Position numbers and translations under genes: made by a program
Part shown: positions 1-11,019 of the stretch, piece after piece
Layout of the letters: the number at the start of each line of letters is the position of its first letter
Position numbering within the stretch: position 1 is the stretch's first letter
The notes under the pieces: generated by a model
What the model saw: the letters and a program-made list of their open reading frames with translations, nothing else
The model's database searches: none
What the model was told of the DNA's origin: nothing
From: Octopus sinensis
Lineage: Eukaryota
Length of the DNA stretch: 64,000 bases
Reading direction: 5' to 3'
NCBI RefSeq assembly: GCF_006345805.1
Contig: NC_043007.1
Span: 36,890,001-36,954,000, forward strand

Positions 1-26
1 ATGCTGCTAATCACTTTGCCCGGTAT

Positions 27-427
27 ACTCTTTTACTCTTTTACTTGTTTCAGTCATTTGACTGCGGCCATGCTGGAGCACCGCCTTTAGTCGACAAATC
101 GACCACGGGACTTATTCTTTGTAAGCCCAGTACTTATTCTATCGGTCTCTTTTGCCGAACCGCTAATTTACGGGGACGTAAGCACACCAGCATCGGTTGT
201 CAAGCAATGCTAGGAGGACAAACACGGACACACAAACACATACACATACATATATGTATATATACATATATATGACAGGCTTCTTTCAGTTTTCGTCTAC
301 CAAATCCACTCACAAGCATTGGTCGGCCCGGGGCTATAGCAAAAGACACTTGCCCAAGATGCCACGCAGTGGGACTGAACCCGGAACCATGTGGTTGGTT
401 AGCAAGCTACTTACCACACAGCCACTC
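27..427 (-). mobile_element. tRNA-derived SINE, family A
   Basis: Minus-strand head has A-box-like TGGCTGTGTGG and B-box-like GGTTCAGTCCC, followed by the TGGGCAAG core and an (AGTAAAAG)n tail. Near-identical copies lie at 29201, 36220, 54766 and 62012. Confidence 0.9.
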
Positions 428-494
428 GCAAAAAAAAGAAAAAAAGAAAAAGAAAAAAAGAAAAAGAAAAAAAGGAAAATGAAGAAGAAGCATT

Positions 495-1015
495 TCTTTT
501 ATTAGCCAAAAGGGCACAGATGAGGGGGACATCACATAGACAGACAACAATTTACGTGAGGATTTACATAAAGGATGTGGAGAAAGAAATGGAAAAGACG
601 CTGGAATGCGATGAACGTAAACAAAATATGTGATAACCAAGAGAAACTCCAGCTAAGGCCAATCAAGGAACCCCACAGATCCAGGATTACCCTGACCACC
701 AAAGCAAGAGCCCTCTCGCAACTGTTTTTATCCAACTTGCAGGTGCATGCTTACAGTATCTCTAATCCTTTTTTTTCAGTCACCCATCTTTTTACAAATT
801 CACTGGGAGCTAGCACTTCCCTCTCCACCCTCACTTTCTTTTCCAAGTGGAACTTAAAAAAAGCCGATGAAGGCTTGACCGAAGAGGAAGGTGTCTTTCC
901 TTAATCCTTCCAGCCTCGTCCACCACACAACCTCTTTCGCTATAGCCACTAGACAGAGGAACACCGCCTGTCCGGCCTTGTTTAAAGATGGTTAGTGAGG
1001 AGATCTTCACGATTA
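495..1015 (-). mobile_element. L1/Tx1-clade LINE 3' remnant
   Basis: Minus strand reads AVFLCLVAIAKEVVWWTRLEG...(frameshift)FKFHLEKKVRVEREVLAPSEFVKRWV, resembling the Tx1 ORF2 C-terminus as recalled. AATAAA lies near 500. Confidence 0.55.
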
Positions 1016-1518
1016 ATTCAACCGATAGTCATATTCCTCCCACATGCAATAACAGCTGTTCGACATAACTCCACATGTCAGTGCATCATAATTTTACTGC
1101 ATTTAGATTCTGCCAAAGAAATTCTATGGATAAAAAAATTTCCCGTTTTATCGATAGTCCATCAAATCTAAAACAAAAAGGAATCCGATCAAAAAATAAA
1201 AAAATTGAAAATATTCTCCTCAAAATAGATAATCATTTAGCAGAAAATAAGAAACAAGTAACAATAATTTGTGTATTTGAACTGGATATTAAGGGAAACA
1301 AATGAAGTAGCAATAGAAGGAACATAAGAAATAATAGATAGACTAGCATTCCAAGCATTTCACAAGTTAAATTATTCAGCAAAAATATTTTTTCCTTCAC
1401 TCATACAAAAAAAATATTGAAAAGAATCAAGCGATAAATTTTCAATCATTAATCCGCTATTATCTTAGATTTATCAACGTAACAACACTTATCGGACACG
1501 GAATTAGGTTAACAAATA

Positions 1519-1659
1519 CAATAATACTTCACTTTACGAGGGCACGGTTTACGAGACTCCGGTTTTACGAGTATTTACGAGATTTATTTTTTGTTTATGA
1601 GTTTTCGCTTTGCGTGAGTTCTCCGAGTGTGAATTAACTCGTATATTGAGGCATTACTG
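1519..1659. mobile_element. Tigger/pogo-like MITE
   Basis: TA-flanked imperfect TIRs of about 22 bp: TA-CAATAATACTTCACTTTACGAG versus the reverse complement TA-CAGTAATGCCTCAATATACGAG. Confidence 0.6.
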
Positions 1660-2247
1660 TACTTTGTAAAATATGTTCTCTTACGAAAAGATTGTATGAA
1701 ATCGCCTTTATTTTTGCTCTTCTAAAGACTGTTCAAGGAACTTTATGGTATTATGTGTTCCAATGCAAAAATAAAAAGCCTTAGAGAGACGACATTTCAA
1801 AATTGGTTCTAAAATGGCTACCAAAGTTGTAGGCGTACAGTGTATTGTACAATAAGATCTTCCAATTCATGGAGGCTTTAAAAAAGATTTAGCAACTGAA
1901 ACATTTAACTGTTCTTTCTCTGGATTACTATCTCCTTTCTTCATTTTAGTCTTCTGCGTTTGTTTTAGTTTCTTCATTAATATCAGAAGCATTATAACAC
2001 CTTTCTTAGTCTGTCATGTCTTACCAGCTTGACAAGGACGTTTAAATTGATTATATATATAATCTCATGAATAATCACCGAAATTGCGAGGATAATCTGG
2101 TTCTTGACTGAAGATAGAAAACTTCGAATGACTCGTCCTTGTTTTCATTGTATCGTCTAGCTGGATGTTTTGTTGTCCCTTTTTGTATCATTTAGTTGTC
2201 CGGATGTTTTGCGTTCTTGTCCCATCTTGCATTACATATATATATAT

Positions 2248-2776
2248 ATAACAATATAATAAATAAATAAAATATATGCATATATACATACATATATGTA
2301 CATACTTACATCTATATGTATATATACATGCATATATGTATATATATATGAGTACAGGACACCACAAATAAACGTAGAACACAACGAGAACGAAAACATA
2401 AAATCAAACAAGGAAACGGACTTTTTTTTAACAACGAAAAAACAGAGTACAGGACAAACAATACAGGAAAATTCCCCTTCATCAGCTGCCCCTGGTTCGA
2501 CTCAATGCGTACCTCCGAAACACGCATTGAGTCGAACCAGGGGCAGCTGATGAAGGGGAATTTTCCCTGTATTGTTTGTCCTGTACTCTGTTTTTTCGTT
2601 GTTAAAAAAATGTCCGTTTCCTTGTTTGATTTTATGTTTTCGTTTCTCGTTGTGTTCTACGTTTATTTGTGGTGTCCTGTACTCATATATATGCATGTAT
2701 ATATACATATAGATGTAGGTATGTACATATATGTATGTATATATGCATATATTTTATTTATTTATTATATTGTTAT
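2248..2776. repeat. Long inverted repeat (~260-bp arms, 11-nt loop) of a Penelope-like terminal repeat
   Basis: Arm 2248-2510 is the reverse complement of arm 2522-2776 with few differences. The loop is ACCTCCGAAAC (2511-2521). The same family occurs at about 40140-40380. Confidence 0.9.
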
Positions 2777-2839
2777 TATATGACCGAACGCACGCGTTAT
2801 TTCTCTATTTCTCTTCTCCAAGTAAGTTTATATATATAT

Positions 2840-2892
<53 letters not shown>

Positions 2893-2966
2893 CAAATAAA
2901 TATAGGAACGGATGCGATGGGTACACACACACATACACACACACAACACACACACACACACACACA

Positions 2967-3056
<90 letters not shown>

Positions 3057-3603
3057 AAGGAGAGTATGTATGTATGTATGTACAGGTACCGAAACTTTTA
3101 TACGGCAATCTTGGCACCGGAGGTGATCCGGACTTCTGGACACAGGTTAAATATATAACGAAAATATAAAATAAACAGCCAAAAGTAAAAAAAATAAAAT
3201 TGTATAACATATACAAATTAATGCATTTCTAAAGCAGGGTCTGTTTGATGTGGTGTCATATGACGCATACGCCCAGGAAACCAGAACAAACCGACCGCGC
3301 GGCGAACTACTACAACGCGCGAAATTCAAAGCTAGCCAGCTTCAAAAAACGGTGCACATTTTTTCTTCGCTTTCAACAAAGTCACTGCACAATTCATCAG
3401 GCATCCTTAAGAATGGCCCTTAGTCGGCGAACATGTATGTATGTATGTATGTATGTATGTATGTATGTATGTATGTATGTATGTATGTGTGTGGGTGTGC
3501 GTGTGTGCATACGTGTGTACATGAATTTCTTCATTTTTTCCTTTTGCCTCTCTCTCTTATATCTTTCTTCCATTCTTTCTAATAATAATAATAATTATAA
3601 TAT

Positions 3604-3833
3604 AGGACCTTTTGAGCGGGATGGGTTACTCGACCACAAGAAAATTCTAACTGGGCCCCACCTGCAAGGTCATGTGCTGTTTATCTTGATATGAGATCAC
3701 CATGTCGCGCACATATGGTTGTGATGCATGTGCCTGGTGTACCCTTTTCAGACGGGTAGTCATGATGAGTATACTGGGCTTCGTATATTTTACCCCAGTG
3801 TCACTTTGCTCCCATGAACTTCTCTCTCTCTCA
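3604..3833 (+). mobile_element. (AAT)n-embedded non-autonomous element, 5'-truncated copy
   Basis: Matches the 3' half of the copies at 4244, 4853 and 5444. Flanked by (AAT)n on both sides. Confidence 0.8.
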
Positions 3834-3963
3834 TAATAATAATATTAATAATAATAATGATGATAATAATAATAATAATAATAATATAATAATAATAATA
3901 ATAATAATAATGATAATAATGACGATGATAATAATAATAATAATTAGCGCTCTTCGTCTTGAC

Positions 3964-4001
<38 letters not shown>

Positions 4002-4004
4002 TTA

Positions 4005-4216
4005 ATCCTTTCTATTGGAAGCGCACGGCTTCAAATTTGGGGGAAGAGATTAAGTCGATTGCATCGACCCCAGTGCGTAACTAGTACTTAATTTATCAAC
4101 CCTGAAAGAATGAAAGGCAATGTCGACCCCTGCGGCATTGGGACTCGGAACGTGTAGACAGATGAAATACCGCTAGGCATTTCGCCCGGCATCCTAACGA
4201 TTCTGCCAGCTCGCCG
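4005..4216 (-). mobile_element. tRNA-derived SINE, family B (B2 tail)
   Basis: GGCGAGCTGGCAGAATCGTTAG head and GTCGAC...TCGATAAAT..GTACCAGT body on the minus strand. Confidence 0.85.
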
Positions 4217-4243
4217 TCTTAACAACAACAACAATAATAATAA

Positions 4244-4802
4244 ATTGCACTGATGCAGTACCAGTTAGTAGATCTTGTGGCTTCTGATCTTAACTGATTG
4301 GAAGTGTTATCATGTACATTGTTTTGTCTTGGTATAAAAGATGAGCTACAGCAAATATTCAGCTCAATACCACAGATTTGCTTGTCAGTTGTTTGACCTT
4401 AACCAGTTGAGCTGACGATATGAGTTGAGCTGACGATTAGTGGCTGACGATATGAGGCATCTCTGATCATGAGCAGAAGTAGTGGGGGAGCATCATAAAC
4501 ATGTGTTGAGAGGGTTTCTTTGGGATTTGAATAATTCACCTCTGGAAACATGGGTGTTTCGTTCAACATCCTTAAACAACCCTTATTTAGGGACCTTTTG
4601 AGCAGGATGGGTTACTCGACCACAAGAAAATTCTAACTGGTCCCACCTGCAAGGTCATGTGCTGTTTATCTTGATATGAGATCACCATGTCGCGCACATA
4701 TGGTTGTGATGCATGTGCCTAGTGTAACCTTATCAGACGGGTAGTCATGATGGGTATACTGGGCTTTGTGTCACTTTGATAGCATGCACGGCTCTCTCAC
4801 TC
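4244..4802 (+). mobile_element. (AAT)n-embedded non-autonomous element, full-length copy
   Basis: Starts TGCACTGATGCAGTACC and ends CTCTCACTC followed by (AAT)n. Its ends match those of the copy at 23081-23637. Confidence 0.8.
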
Positions 4803-4818
4803 AATAATAATAATAATG

Positions 4819-4852
<34 letters not shown>

Positions 4853-5986
4853 GCACCAGGTACTGGTTCTCATGGCTTCTGATCTTAACTGATTGGAAGT
4901 GTTATCATGTACATTGTTTTGTCTTGGTATAAAAGATGGGCTACAGCAAATATTCTGCTCAATACCACAGATTTGCTTCTCAGTTGTTTGACCTTAACCA
5001 GTTGGGCATGTCCTTTAGTGGCTGACGATATGTGCAACTCTGATCACGAGCTGAAGTAGTGGGGGAGCATCATAGCCATGTGTTGAGAGGGATTATTTGG
5101 GGTTTGAATAATTCACCTCTGGAAACATGGGTGGTTCTTTCAACACCCTTAAACAACCCTTATTCAGGGACCTTTTGAGCGGGATGGGCTACTCAACCTG
5201 AAGAAAATTCTAACTGGGCCCCACTTGCAAGGTCATGTGCTGTTTATCTTGTTATGAGATCACTATGTCGTGCACATATGGTTGTGATGCATGTGCCTGG
5301 TGTACCCTTATCAGACGGGTAGTCATGATGGGTATATTGGGCTTCGTATATTTTACCCCAGTGTCACTTTGATGGCATGAACTGCTTTCTCACTCAATAA
5401 TAATATAATAATAATAATAATATAATAATAATAATAATAATAAGCACCAGGTACTGGTTCTCATGGCTTCTGATCTTAACTGATTGGAAGTGTTATCATG
5501 TACATTGTTTTGTCTTGGTATAAAAGATGGGCTACAGCAAATATTCTGCTCAATACCACAGATTTGCTTCTCAGTTGTTTGACCTTAACCAGTTGGGCAT
5601 GTCCTTTAGTGGCTGACGATATGTGCAACTCTGATCACGAGCTGAAGTAGTGGGGGAGCATCATAGCCATGTGTTGAGAGGGATTATTTGGGGTTTGAAT
5701 AATTCACCTCTGGAAACATGGGTGGTTCTTTCAACACCCTTAAACAACCCTTATTCAGGGACCTTTTGAGCGGGATGGGCTACTCAACCTGAAGAAAATT
5801 CTAACTGGGCCCCACTTGCAAGGTCATGTGCTGTTTATCTTGTTATGAGATCACTATGTCGTGCACATATGGTTGTGATGCATGTGCCTGGTGTACCCTT
5901 ATCAGACGGGTAGTCATGATGGGTATATTGGGCTTCGTATATTTTACCCCAGTGTCACTTTGATGGCATGAACTGCTTTCTCACTC
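4853..5986 (+). repeat. Two apparently identical tandem copies (4853-5395, 5444-5986) of the (AAT)n-embedded element
   Basis: 543-bp units with a 591-bp period that share private variants. They are separated by an (AAT)n array. Confidence 0.9.
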
Positions 5987-6028
<42 letters not shown>

Positions 6029-6044
6029 TACAACAACAACAATA

Positions 6045-6330
6045 AAATCTAGAAATAGAGGTGTCTAAAAACAAACAATTCCTATCATAGTAGGCGCATT
6101 ACGTATGATAAAAAAACATTCAGACAAATACATAACAAAAATACCAGTACTAACAAGTATATTAACATACAGGAAATAGGACTACTAGGTACCGCACGCA
6201 TCCTCCGTAAAACACTTTCAATACAGTAAAAATAAGAGCATCACAACAAACCACAGCACATACCCAAGGCACACAGAGCTGCGCTCGGTTGTGCAGTGAA
6301 AGCACGTGATAAAAATAAGACTACTGAATA
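6045..6330 (+). mobile_element. R4/Dong-clade LINE 3' end
   Basis: IPIIVGAL...IQEIGLLGTARILRKTLSIQ* (stop at 6227-6229), then a short 3' UTR and an (AAT/AAC)n tail. It starts directly after an (AAT)n array. Confidence 0.7.
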
Positions 6331-6479
6331 ATAATGATAATAACAACAACAACAACAATAAGAAGAAGAAGAAGAACAACAACAACAGCAACTACAACTG
6401 TTTCTCACAGACAGTATAGAAAATGGAACATTAAAAGGATGACAAAAAGAAAGACTGCTGTTATAGTAGGACAAGGAAG

Positions 6480-7080
6480 AAAGAAAGAGAAGTCAGTAAT
6501 TATTGACCTATTGCGTGCTTGTGTAGTTTTGCTGGAGAAGGAGACTCTATTGTTAGAGGAGCAAAAAAGATGCAGAAAGAAGTAAGAAAAGAAATTGCTG
6601 ATATGCAGTATATTGAGGTAGGAGTAAGAAAGAAGAATTTAACTGCTGGATCGATAGAATACAAGAGAGGCTTATGAGAATATTCCACCCTGCTGGCTCT
6701 TGCAATGCCTGAGGACACTCGGGATTAACGAGAAGATAAACAGGTTTTGGGGGAAAAGCAATGGGTTCGTGGAAAGTAGAGATAACTTGCGCAAATAAAT
6801 CGTAAGGAAACGTGAAAAATACGCAAGGGAATATTCCAGGGAAATTCGCTCTTTTCGTTACTACGTTACGTTAATCCCTCTGATATGAGGTGTTGAAAAT
6901 CCAGGCCTATCTATGGATTTACCAAAACCAAGGTGAAAATAAATCACCTGCTTTATGAACATGATTTCACACTATACAAAATCCGAAAAAAAAACTTGGA
7001 TCCTCTGAGCCAAACAATAAGAGAATTTAAGAAGGAAATTGGAACGCGGTTTGGGGTAAATAGTTGGGTAGTGTTAATTA
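6480..7080 (+). mobile_element. Degenerate R4/Dong RT remnant
   Basis: Interrupted motifs EQKRCRK..., ...AYENIP..WLLQCL and KVKINHLLY, matching R4 RT domains. Confidence 0.5.
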
Positions 7081-7084
7081 GATG

Positions 7085-7640
7085 GAGGCACGTGGCTTAG
7101 ACGCTAGGATATTCGGATCACGATCGTAAGGCCTTGAGTTCAATTCCCAGCTGCGCATTATGTCTTTGAGCAAGGTACTTTATTTCACGTTGCTCCGGCT
7201 GGTGAAAATGAGTAGTACCTGTATTTCAAAGGGCCAGCCTTGTCACACTCTGTGACTCGCTGAATCTCCCTGAGAACTACGTTAAAGGTACATGTGTCTG
7301 TGGAGTGCTCAACCACTTGCATGTTAATTTTACGAGCAGGCAGTTCTTATTTCTTTACTGCCCACAAGGTGCTATACACAGAGGGGACAAACAATGACAG
7401 ACAAACGGATTACGTCGATTATATCGACCCCAGTGTGTAACTGGTACTTATTTTAATCGACCCCGAAGGATGAAAGGCAAAGTCGACCTCGGTGGAATTT
7501 GAACTGAGAACGTAAAGACAGACGAAACACCGCTAAGCATTTCGCCCGGCGTGCTAACGTTTCTGCCAGCAGAACGAGCAGGCAGTTCCGTTGATCCAAT
7601 CAACTGGAACCCTCGTCGTCGTAACCGACGGAGTGCCACT
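7085..7640 (+). mobile_element. tRNA-derived SINE family D, interrupted by a family B SINE
   Basis: GAGGCACGTGGCTTAG head, CTTGAGCAAG core and CGTAACCGACGGAGTGCCA tail. It is interrupted at 7347-7573. Confidence 0.8.
7347..7573 (-). mobile_element. SINE family B1, nested, 15-bp TSD
   Basis: TSD ACGAGCAGGCAGTTC at 7332-7346 and 7574-7588. Confidence 0.9.
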
Positions 7641-7714
7641 GTTAATTATGAAGAGAAGCCAAAATATAAATTCGATTGGTATAAAATTACCACAAGATGA
7701 TATTGGGTTAGTTC

Positions 7715-7938
7715 ACATTACACCGTAAGAAGCATAGGGCTGGTTTCCCGGTTTCTCTGGCGTATATATATATATATTCCCACTTGGACGGGTCGCCGGT
7801 CCGTTACAGGGTTATTCATTTTTACGAGCTGAGGGGAGCAACATGAAATGAAATGTTTTGCTCAAAAATACAACGCATCACCCAGCCCAGGAATCGAAAC
7901 CACAATCTTATGATCATGAGTTTAACTACCTAATCACT
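7715..7938 (-). mobile_element. tRNA-derived SINE family F
   Basis: Homologous to 19570-19805, with a B-box-like GGTTTCGATTCC on the minus strand. Confidence 0.65.
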
Positions 7939-8390
7939 AGTTAGTTAGTTAGTTAATTTTTTGGCTCAAAGGCAAAAAGCAAGGCCATGTAGGGGGACAT
8001 GGAGTTAAGTACAGGGTGGTGTTCATGTAAAGAGTTCAGGCCACTTGAGGTCAAGGAAGACTTTGAACAAAGCGGTCGTCGGCATCTTCACTATCTCGTC
8101 TGGCAGCTTGTTTCACGGATCTGCAACCCGGACGGAGAAAGCTCCTCTCCTTCGATTGAGATGAAATCGTCGCAGGTAGAGCTTTTCGGAATGACCCCGC
8201 AGCCGACGTTCTGGAGCAGGAGTGAAGAACAGCTCTTTCGAGAGGTTACACTTTCCGCTTATGATGTTGTGAGCGAGAATGAGATCACCACGGCGGCGGC
8301 GTTTTTCTAGAGAATAAAGGTCGAGCGTCCTCAGCCTTTCTTCATAAGACAAATTCTTGAGACCATGAGACCATGAGACTAAGCTATGCA
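7939..8390 (-). mobile_element. CR1/L2-group LINE 3' end
   Basis: GLKNLSYEERLRTLDLYSLEKRRRRGDLI...LRGHSEKL...RRGAFSVRVADPWNKLP, followed by a (TAAC)n tail at about 7939-7955. Confidence 0.9.
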
Positions 8391-8678
8391 CTTCTACTCA
8401 AGATGAGACCATGAGACCATGAGACTAAGCTATGCACTTCTACTCAAGATGATATCAGGTCTTTTTCAGCAAGATGATATTAGTTCGTTGAAAAAGATTG
8501 AGAAGTACGAAGGGTTGCTGCACGACGACAGGATAATAGAAGATGAGACGAGAGAAAAATATCTTCATAGAGTAACAGAAATGAATTAGGAAGGTGCTCG
8601 AAACGAAATTAATTGGAGGGAATCTTATCCAAGCAATGAATACATGGCCCAAGCCGGTATTAAGATACTCCATCCTTT

Positions 8679-10835
8679 TGTAGGCGCAGTTACTTCTCTT
8701 GACAGCGGGTTTAAACAAGCTCGCACTAGACGGTCATGTTCAGTAACGACCTCTCGTTCCTAAACATGACCGTCGTGCTGTTTTTGAAGCACTGCATTCA
8801 CTGTCACACCTCGGCATTGCGGCCGCAGTGAAGCTTATCTCGGCCCGCTTTTTCTGGCCGAATATGCGTCGGTCTACTACTGCTTGGTCACGTGCCTGTC
8901 TACCATGTCAGCGTTCCAAGGTGCATCGTCACGTGAGAGCACCACTTGGGCACTTCTAGCCACCAGACACCAGGTTCCGTCACATACACATCGACCTGGT
9001 TGGTCCTTGGCCGGTTAGTTGCAGATTTACTTATATATTGACCTGCATCGACCTTTTCTCCAGATGGCCTGAAGCCATCTCTCTCGTGGACATTTCCACG
9101 GAAACAGTCGCGAGAACACTCATCTCCGGGTGGATATATCCATTTCTTTACTACCCACAAAGGGCTAAACATAGAGGGGATAAACAAGGACAGACAAACG
9201 GATTAAGTCGATTATATCGACCCCAGTGCGTAACTGGTACTTAATTTATCGACCCCGAAAGGATGAAAGGCAAAGTCGACCTCGGCGGAATTTGAACTCA
9301 GAACGTAACGGCAGACGAAATACGGCTACGCATTTCGCCCGGCGTGCTAACGTTTCTGCCAGCTCGCCGCCGGGTGGATATATCGCTTCGGAGTACCCTC
9401 TAGAATTACCACTGATCGTGGACGCCAATTTGAAGCTTGTCTGTTTCGTGAGCTTTCGAGAGAATGTTCGGAGTTCAGCACATCCACACCACAAGTTACA
9501 ATCCCGCCGCAAACGGAATGGTGAAACGATTCCACCGCCAGCTTAAAGCCGCTATTCGCGCGGCTCCTGATCCACATCACTGGTCGGAGTTTCTCCCCAT
9601 TGTTTTGCTGGGGTGCCGCTCAGCTGTCAAGGATGATTTAGGCTACTCCTCCGCTGAGCTCTTGTATGGCACCACCTTAGCACTTCCTGGACAAATGCTG
9701 GCGCCCGTTGACTTACCGAATGCGTACCCCACATCTTATGTTACTCGACTCAGGTCATTCTTTGCTGATCTACCACCGATGCTTCCTCGCGACCAGTCTA
9801 TTTCTTCTACAGTACTTCCAGATATTTTTACTTGGATTCACGTGTTTGTAAGAAATGATGCCGTCAAGGGACCACTCACGTCTCCCTACAGTGGACCCTA
9901 TCGCGTTCTTAGAAGCACACCGAAACTGTTCCCTGTGGATATTCACGGGGAAAAAGAGACTGTCTCTATCGACAGAGTAAAAAAAGGTCTTTTCCGAAAC
10001 ATTTATGCCACTTGCTGACACACCCATCATTCCACAGACACTGCCACCCACCCCCACGAGCACCACCTCCACTTACTGAAACACCACCTGCACAAGCGCA
10101 TTCTTCACCTTACAGGACACGTTCTGGCAGATCGGTTCACTGGCCGAAGAAATTGTCTCAGACTATTTACATTTCTTAATTTTGCCTCGCCAGTGACTGT
10201 TCCGGAGAATAGACTTATGTTGTTATAGACACCGTATTCATATTTTCTCTCTTTCTGTATCATTGTACATATATACTTTGTTCTATTTGATTGGACACAT
10301 TTCTTTACTGAACGCTTTTTTCCTTGTACATACTTGCATTGTATTTTTCAATTGTTCTGCCATAGTTCGGGTTCTGTGTATCGCACATATTGTTCTCTAC
10401 AAGAACAAACATTTTTTCTGCATGCTTCCTCCAAATTTGTACTTTGCATTGTTCATACAACTGTTTTGCCATGTTTCATTCTTCTGTGCCCTTCTACCGC
10501 ACACGTACTCGGCCTACCTTCCTCTTGATCGAACGCTTCAGGTCCAGGGGGTTCTGTAGGCGCAGTTACCTCCCTTGACAGCGGGTTTAAACAAGCTCGC
10601 ACTAGATGGCGCTTCAGCGGTGAGATTCTGACACGAGGCCTTGCGAATTCTTTTTTTGGCATCTAGACATCGGAGAGAAAAGACATGATCTAGTTAGCTC
10701 TCTTACGACACACCGCGAATAGCAGACATGAGGTAATGCGCAGAAGATCATGGCCTCCACGCATCAAACTCCTTCCATGTATCATTCAACTTATATATAT
10801 GTGTGAGGCTGACATTAAAGATATTTAAAGTTACA
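8679..10835 (+). mobile_element. Internally deleted Ty3/Gypsy LTR retrotransposon (52-bp 5' LTR stub, integrase, 3' LTR)
   Basis: 8679-8730 matches 10555-10606. The putative 3' LTR 10555-10835 runs TGTA...TACA with ATTAAA and is preceded by a purine run. Integrase: HHCC (LHSLSH...WPNMRR...CLPCQRSK), [16 protein letters not shown] and [11 protein letters not shown]. It carries stops and frameshifts, and has no gag or RT. Confidence 0.88.
9141..9369 (-). mobile_element. SINE family B1 inserted in the Gypsy integrase, 15-bp TSD
   Basis: TSD CCGGGTGGATATATC at 9126-9140 and 9370-9384. The integrase reads GWIY on both sides. Confidence 0.92.
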
Positions 10836-11019
10836 GCCTTGTTCTATGTACCGTGTTCCTATCAAATGATATTACAGCCTTCTGAAGGAGTCAACCTTTA
10901 GATGACTCCGCAACCCTGATACATACTCTATCTAAACCTCTATAAAACGGACGACAGGGCCATAGAACGTAGATCGCGCAAAACCCTAAGTAAGTAATAG
11001 TGACAGGCTCTACCTATTC

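Noticed and set aside
2108-2135. Hammerhead-like CUGAAGA...GAAU (also about 46175-46205, minus)
   Set aside because: GAAA is replaced by GAAU and no stem I or stem III pairing was found.
3236-3423. GC-rich island with small palindromes (possible Harbinger end or enhancer)
   Set aside because: No matching TIR pair or TSD. The evidence is insufficient.
5023-5060. CUGACGA motif in the AAT-embedded element as a ribozyme
   Set aside because: No downstream GAAA or compatible stems.
7939-7956. Telomere-like (TTAG)n
   Set aside because: Too short, not TTAGGG, and positioned as the CR1 3' tail.
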